DNA of 64,000 nucleotides from Acidobacteriaceae bacterium (GTDB taxonomy: Bacteria > Acidobacteriota > Terriglobia > Terriglobales > Acidobacteriaceae), in NCBI GenBank assembly GCA_030037545.1, contig JASHRF010000105.1, forward strand, positions 264-64,263. The letters are read 5' to 3'. This document shows, in pieces, positions 59,519 through 64,000 of the stretch. The notes beneath the pieces are model-generated. The model saw nothing but the letters and a program-made list of their open reading frames with translations. It had not been told where the DNA came from and searched no databases. The number at the start of each line of letters is the position of its first letter. Positions within the stretch are counted from its first letter, which is position 1. The position numbers were made by a program, and so were the translations under genes.

Positions 59519-59842
59519 ATGGATAAGATTGCAGGACTCAAAGAGATTCTCGCCCTTGACCCCAAGAACAGCTTTGCCCGCTACGGCATCGCCGTGGAAC
59601 TGGCGGGCCGCGGGCAAACGGCCGCTGCGCTTGACGAATTCGACGCGCTGCTGGCCAACGATCCCGAGTATACGGCCGGTTACTTCATGGCCGCGCAAAC
59701 CTTGGCCGGCCTGGGGCGAAAAGCAGAAGCCATTGCCCGTTTGAAGGATGGCATCGGCTGCGCGGCAAGGAACGGCAACTCTCATGCGCTCAGCGAGATG
59801 CAAGCGATGCTGAGCGAACTGAGCCAACCGGCCGCGCTTTGA
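59519..59842 (+). CDS. Small TPR protein
   Basis: DPKNSFARYGIA and DPEYTAGYFMAAQ helical TPR pattern. Confidence 0.8.
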   Translation: MDKIAGLKEILALDPKNSFARYGIAVELAGRGQTAAALDEFDALLANDPEYTAGYFMAAQTLAGLGRKAEAIARLKDGIGCAARNGNSHALSEMQAMLSELSQPAAL

Positions 59843-59944
59843 TTTCTCCCCGGCTTTCCTCGCCGGTTTGGGAAATTGGTTCATTGGCGACGAGCAGGTA
59901 CAAACGAGCGTAACCTTTTGATGCGAAAAAACATCTAACCGACT

Positions 59945-60949
59945 ATGCCGAAGTATTCCATCGTCGTGCCTTTTCACAACGAAGAGGAAAACGTCACTGC
60001 ACTCTACGCCCGGCTCAAGCAGGTCATGGAGCAGGTGGGCGAGAGCTTTGAGCTGGTGCTGGTCGACGACGGCTCGCGCGACCGCACCTACAAGCTTCTC
60101 GAGGAGATCGCCGCCGTCGACAGCCGCGTGCTGATCATCAAGCTGCGCCGCAACTTCGGACAAACATCGGCGCTGGCTGCGGGCTTCGATCATTCCTCCG
60201 GTGAGTTCATTCTGGCCATGGACGGTGACCTGCAGCACGATCCCAACGATATTCCCGCGTTCCTGGAAAAGCTCGATGAGGGCTACGACGTGGTCTCGGG
60301 CTGGCGCGAAAAGCGTATCGACAACTTCATCATGCGCCGCATCCCTTCGGCCTGCGCCAACTGGTTGATGGCCAGGCTTTCCGGGGTTCCCATCCACGAT
60401 TTCGGCACCACCTTCAAAGCTTATCGCCGCGAGGTCATCCAGAATATTCCCCTCTATGGCGAAATGCACCGCTTTATCCCCGCGCTGGCAAGCTGGTATG
60501 GTGCGGCCATCTGCGAGATTCCGATCCGCAATGTGAATCGCGAGCGCGGCAGGAGCCACTATGGGATCGGGCGCACCTTCCGCGTTTTCTTTGACCTGCT
60601 GACCATCCGCTTTCTGCTCCGTTACATGAGCCGGCCCATGCACTTCTTCGGCGGCCTCGGCTTGCTGGGCATCCTGAGCGGCAGCGCCACGGCCATGGTG
60701 CTGCTGGTTTCAAAGCTCCTAAATCCGGGGATGGATATGATCAGCAATCACGGCCCGATGTTTGTAATCGGCTCGGTGCTGATTGTGGCCGGCGTGCAGT
60801 TGCTGGCCATCGGGCTGCTTGGGGAGCTCCAGGTCCGCCACCATTTCACCAGCGAGCATCCCTCCGCTTACGCCGTCGACCGGCTGGTGCGCCTCGCTCC
60901 AGGCGAAGAGCAGAGCATGGTCCCCGACCGGCACGAGGAAAACTTCTAA
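59945..60949 (+). CDS. GT2 polyprenyl-phosphate glycosyltransferase (ArnC/GtrB-like)
   Basis: VPFHNEE, DDGSRD, RNFGQT and MDGDLQHDP; two C-terminal TMs. Confidence 0.92.
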   Translation: MPKYSIVVPFHNEEENVTALYARLKQVMEQVGESFELVLVDDGSRDRTYKLLEEIAAVDSRVLIIKLRRNFGQTSALAAGFDHSSGEFILAMDGDLQHDPNDIPAFLEKLDEGYDVVSGWREKRIDNFIMRRIPSACANWLMARLSGVPIHDFGTTFKAYRREVIQNIPLYGEMHRFIPALASWYGAAICEIPIRNVNRERGRSHYGIGRTFRVFFDLLTIRFLLRYMSRPMHFFGGLGLLGILSGSATAMVLLVSKLLNPGMDMISNHGPMFVIGSVLIVAGVQLLAIGLLGELQVRHHFTSEHPSAYAVDRLVRLAPGEEQSMVPDRHEENF

Positions 60950-60960
60950 CAGCACGGATC

Positions 60961-61080
60961 AAGGAACGGGGAACAGGGAAGGGAAGAGCAGCGCGCTCGC
61001 AGCGTTGCCTTTTCTTCAGAGCTTATCTCTCGTGCCCGAAATCCGATTTCCGTTCCCTGCTCCCTGTTTCCTCGATTCCC
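60961..61080. repeat. Inverted pair of purine-rich heptamer arrays
   Basis: aaggaacggggaacagggaagg ... ccgttccctgctccctgtttcct. Confidence 0.6.
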
Positions 61081-61131
61081 GTCTTTTCCCCTTGCTCCGT
61101 CAACCCCTTAAGGTTCATTCTTATCCGTGAC

Positions 61132-62100
61132 ATGAACGCCATCCAGATTCATGAAACGGGAGGGCCGGAAGTTCTTCAGCTCACCGAGCTCCCCATCCCT
61201 GTGCCCGGGCCGGGACAGGTGCTGATTCGCATTGAGGCCGTCGGTGTCAACTTCATCGAGATCTATTTCCGCACCGGCCAATACAAAGCTGCCCTGCCCA
61301 TGATTCCCGGCAGTGAGGCCGCGGGCACCGTCGAGGAGCTCGGTCCGGGCGTCACCGGCTTTGCCGCGGGCGACGCCGTGGCCTCCACCAGCGTACTGGG
61401 GAGCTATGCCGAGTACGCGCTGGTGAATGCGGCGCAACTGGTGAAAGTGCCCGATGGCCTGGCTCCCGAGCAAGCCGCCGCGGCCATGCTGCAGGGCATG
61501 ACCGCGCACTATCTCGCGTACTCAACCTGTCCGCTGAAAGGCGGCGACACGGCTTTGGTGCACGCCGGCGCGGGCGGCGTGGGGTTGCTGCTCACGCAGA
61601 TCGCCACGCGCATTGGCGCGCGCGTCATCACTACTGTTTCCAGTCCCGCTAAAGCCGAGCTTTCACGTGAGGCCGGCGCCAGCGACGTGATTCTCTATAC
61701 CGAGCAGGACTTCGAGGCGGAAGTGAAGTGCTTTACCGACGGCAAAGGCGTGGACGTGGTCTACGACTCCGTGGGCAAGACGACCTTCGAGAAAAGCCTC
61801 AACTGCCTGCGCCCGCGCGGGCTTCTGGCGCTGTTCGGCGCCTCCAGCGGCCCGGTGCCGCTCTTCGACCTGATTCAGCTCAGCGGCAAAGGCTCGCTTT
61901 ACATTACCCGGCCCACGCTGTGGCATTACATCGCCACGCGCGCCGAGCTGGAGTGGCGCGCCGGGGACGTGCTGGGATGGGCCGCCAAAGGCGAGCTCAA
62001 GCTGCGCACCGAGCATCTTTATCCACTGGCCCAGGCCGCGCAGGCCCAGGCCGATCTCGGGGCTCGCAAGACTACGGGCAAGATTTTGCTGGAACCGTAA
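61132..62100 (+). CDS. qor: NADPH:quinone oxidoreductase (MDR family)
   Basis: GGPEVL, GVNFIE, GMTAHYL, AGAGGVG, YDSVG and TTGKILL. Confidence 0.92.
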   Translation: MNAIQIHETGGPEVLQLTELPIPVPGPGQVLIRIEAVGVNFIEIYFRTGQYKAALPMIPGSEAAGTVEELGPGVTGFAAGDAVASTSVLGSYAEYALVNAAQLVKVPDGLAPEQAAAAMLQGMTAHYLAYSTCPLKGGDTALVHAGAGGVGLLLTQIATRIGARVITTVSSPAKAELSREAGASDVILYTEQDFEAEVKCFTDGKGVDVVYDSVGKTTFEKSLNCLRPRGLLALFGASSGPVPLFDLIQLSGKGSLYITRPTLWHYIATRAELEWRAGDVLGWAAKGELKLRTEHLYPLAQAAQAQADLGARKTTGKILLEP

Positions 62101-62101
62101 G

Positions 62102-62141
62102 AGCAGGGAACAAGGGAACGAGGGAACAAGGGACCGAGGGA
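62102..62141 (+). repeat. Octamer tandem repeat (AGGGAACA/G)
   Basis: agcagggaacaagggaacgagggaacaagggaccgaggga; related arrays at 34807, 35695, 42253, 56411 and 56960. Confidence 0.75.
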
Positions 62142-62145
62142 AGAA

Positions 62146-62880
62146 ATGAGCAGGGTTGAGATTGGCGCACATGATCGCGTTTTCGTGCTGACCGGCGCGG
62201 GCATCAGCGCGGAGAGCGGATTGCCCACTTTTCGCGCCGAAGACGGGCTCTGGGCCGGATATCGCGTTGAAGATGTGTGTACGCCTGAGGCATGGCGGCG
62301 CGATCCGGCCGGCGTGTGGGCGTTTTATTCGGCGCGGCGCGCCGCGGGAATGAAGGCGGAGCCCAATCCCGCGCACATCGCGCTGGCCGAGCTCGAAGCC
62401 GGACTCGGCGACCGCTTCTTCCTCTGCACGCAAAATGTCGACGACCTGCACGAGCGCGCCGGCTCCACGCGCCTTCTTCACATGCACGGCGAGCTGGGGA
62501 AATCGCGCTGCGAGCGCGAATGCGGGCGCGCGCCCGTGGAAGACCACGCCATCTACGCCAGCCTCGACCAGGTGCCACGCTGCCCGTGCGGCGGCCGCCT
62601 GCGCCCGCACATCGTCTTCTTCGGCGAGATGCCGCTCGAAATGGGCCGCATTCAAAGCGAAATCGACAAAGCCACGGTGATGCTGGTGGTGGGCACTTCA
62701 GGCTCGGTTTATCCGGCCGCGAGCTTCGTCCATTGGGCTCGCCAGAACGGTGCGCGCACTGTTTACATCGGCCCCGAGGCGCCGCTCAACGCCTCCGCAT
62801 TCACGCAGATCGTCGAAGGCAAAGCCGGCCAGGTGATGCCCGGCCTGTTTCAAATTGAGGCGGCTATTCCCGCGCTTTGA
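62146..62880 (+). CDS. cobB: NAD-dependent protein deacylase (sirtuin)
   Basis: LTGAGISAESGLPTFR, TQNVDDLHERAG, HGEL, LRPHIVFFGE and GTSGSVYPAA. Confidence 0.95.
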   Translation: MSRVEIGAHDRVFVLTGAGISAESGLPTFRAEDGLWAGYRVEDVCTPEAWRRDPAGVWAFYSARRAAGMKAEPNPAHIALAELEAGLGDRFFLCTQNVDDLHERAGSTRLLHMHGELGKSRCERECGRAPVEDHAIYASLDQVPRCPCGGRLRPHIVFFGEMPLEMGRIQSEIDKATVMLVVGTSGSVYPAASFVHWARQNGARTVYIGPEAPLNASAFTQIVEGKAGQVMPGLFQIEAAIPAL

Positions 62881-63049
62881 TGAACTCTTTGCGGCGGAAG
62901 CGCAGAGCCGTCCAGTCCTCGTCGAGTAAAAGCCGTATTTGCAGCCCCTCAAAAAGTTCACGCGCATTTCGAAAATGGTCTGAACGACTCGCTTGATGGC
63001 ACGCTTGCCGAGCCTTTCTTTTCGCCTCTGCGTCTATACTGTAAGAGCC

Positions 63050-63850
63050 ATGCTTCCGTTTCTCCACATCGGTCACATCAGCATCCCGGTCTTCGGACTA
63101 ATGTTATGGGTGGCCGCCGTGGCCGCCGCCTTCATTGTGGATCGCGGATTCCGGCGCGCGCGCATCGACGCCGACGCGGTAGGAATGGTGGCTGTTGCCG
63201 TGGTCGCGGGTATCGTGGGCGCCAAGCTGTGGCACGTGCTCGACACGCCTTCGGAATTTCGTGAGATAGGCTGGCGCGTGCTGTGGGATACAGCCGGATT
63301 CGCGTGGTACGGAGGCGTAATCTTCAGTATCTCTGCGCTGGTGGTGCAGGGCTGGCGGGCCAAGATTGGCGGCCTGCGCATGCTGGACCTTGCGGCTCCG
63401 GCCGCAGCCGTCGGATATGGCGTGGGGCGCATCGGCTGTTTTCTTTCCGGCGACGGCTGTTACGGGATTGCCACCAAGCTGCCGTTTCCGCTGGGAATGA
63501 GCTTTCCAAACGGGATCGTACCCACACCGCCCGGCGTGCGCGTTCTGCCTACGCCGCTGTTCGAGCTGGCAGGCGGGTTGCTGATCGGATGGTACCTGTG
63601 GCGCCGCGCAGGCAAACCCAATCCGGTGGGTATGATTACCGGCCAATATCTCGTTCTGACCGGCCTGGCGCGTTTTCTGGTCGAATTTGTCCGCCGCAAC
63701 CCCAAAGTGCTCTGGGATTTCTCCAACGCGCAATTGGCGAGCGCGGGCGCGATGATTGCAGGGGTCTCGCTGGCATGGTGGTCCGCGCGCCGGCCGGCGA
63801 CCCAGCCGATGCTGGTAAAGCCAGCGTCCACGGCGGAGAAACCCGCGTAG
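63050..63850 (+). CDS. lgt: Prolipoprotein diacylglyceryl transferase family protein
   Basis: FAWYGG, GRIGCFLSGD, PTPLFE and RFLVEFVR. Confidence 0.88.
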   Translation: MLPFLHIGHISIPVFGLMLWVAAVAAAFIVDRGFRRARIDADAVGMVAVAVVAGIVGAKLWHVLDTPSEFREIGWRVLWDTAGFAWYGGVIFSISALVVQGWRAKIGGLRMLDLAAPAAAVGYGVGRIGCFLSGDGCYGIATKLPFPLGMSFPNGIVPTPPGVRVLPTPLFELAGGLLIGWYLWRRAGKPNPVGMITGQYLVLTGLARFLVEFVRRNPKVLWDFSNAQLASAGAMIAGVSLAWWSARRPATQPMLVKPASTAEKPA

Positions 63851-64000
63851 CCCGATTACGTTATATCGCGCGCCTGCTTACTCTCTACTTAGCTCCGGGA
63901 ATCTCTGTACGGCGCATCAAGTACGCGCGCGCTTTTCTTTTGATGCGGTTTCAAGTCCAATTTTTTCAATGGGATGCATGTAGCCGCATTCCTTGACACT

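Overview
GC-rich (~63%) chromosomal window whose gene content and repeat families point to an Acidobacteriota (Terriglobia/Acidobacteriaceae-like) genome; this is an inference. It holds about 50 CDS and tRNA-Arg(CCG), and I saw no phage, CRISPR array or transposase. The main blocks are: (1) an APC permease-aminotransferase-ROK kinase operon; (2) a TonB-dependent receptor flanked by two VPS10/BNR beta-propeller paralogs; (3) a surface-modification locus made of a tiny signal-peptide/YTDPGTG/TM protein, a NoeA-like kinase-methyltransferase fusion, a NoeB-like membrane phosphotransferase and a divergent NoeC-like UbiA gene; (4) deoR/cutC, recQ, two cyclophilins and an S10 peptidase; (5) an Amt-family channel with an altered Phe gate, coupled to a 62-aa membrane protein; (6) a complete alternative complex III (actABCDEFG)-SCO-A2-type cytochrome c oxidase operon; (7) xylan genes (GH10, GPH transporter, GH3, GH39); (8) an OPT transporter coupled to a DUF885-like metallopeptidase; (9) murA and housekeeping genes. 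Intergenic DNA carries REP-like hairpins, purine-rich short tandem repeats and multiply nested MITEs, and two of these repeats sit in frame inside proteins. The best candidate for an undescribed system is the YTDPGTG-peptide/kinase-methyltransferase/phosphotransferase/UbiA locus at 13.4-18.1 kb. All family calls come from motif recognition; no searches were run.
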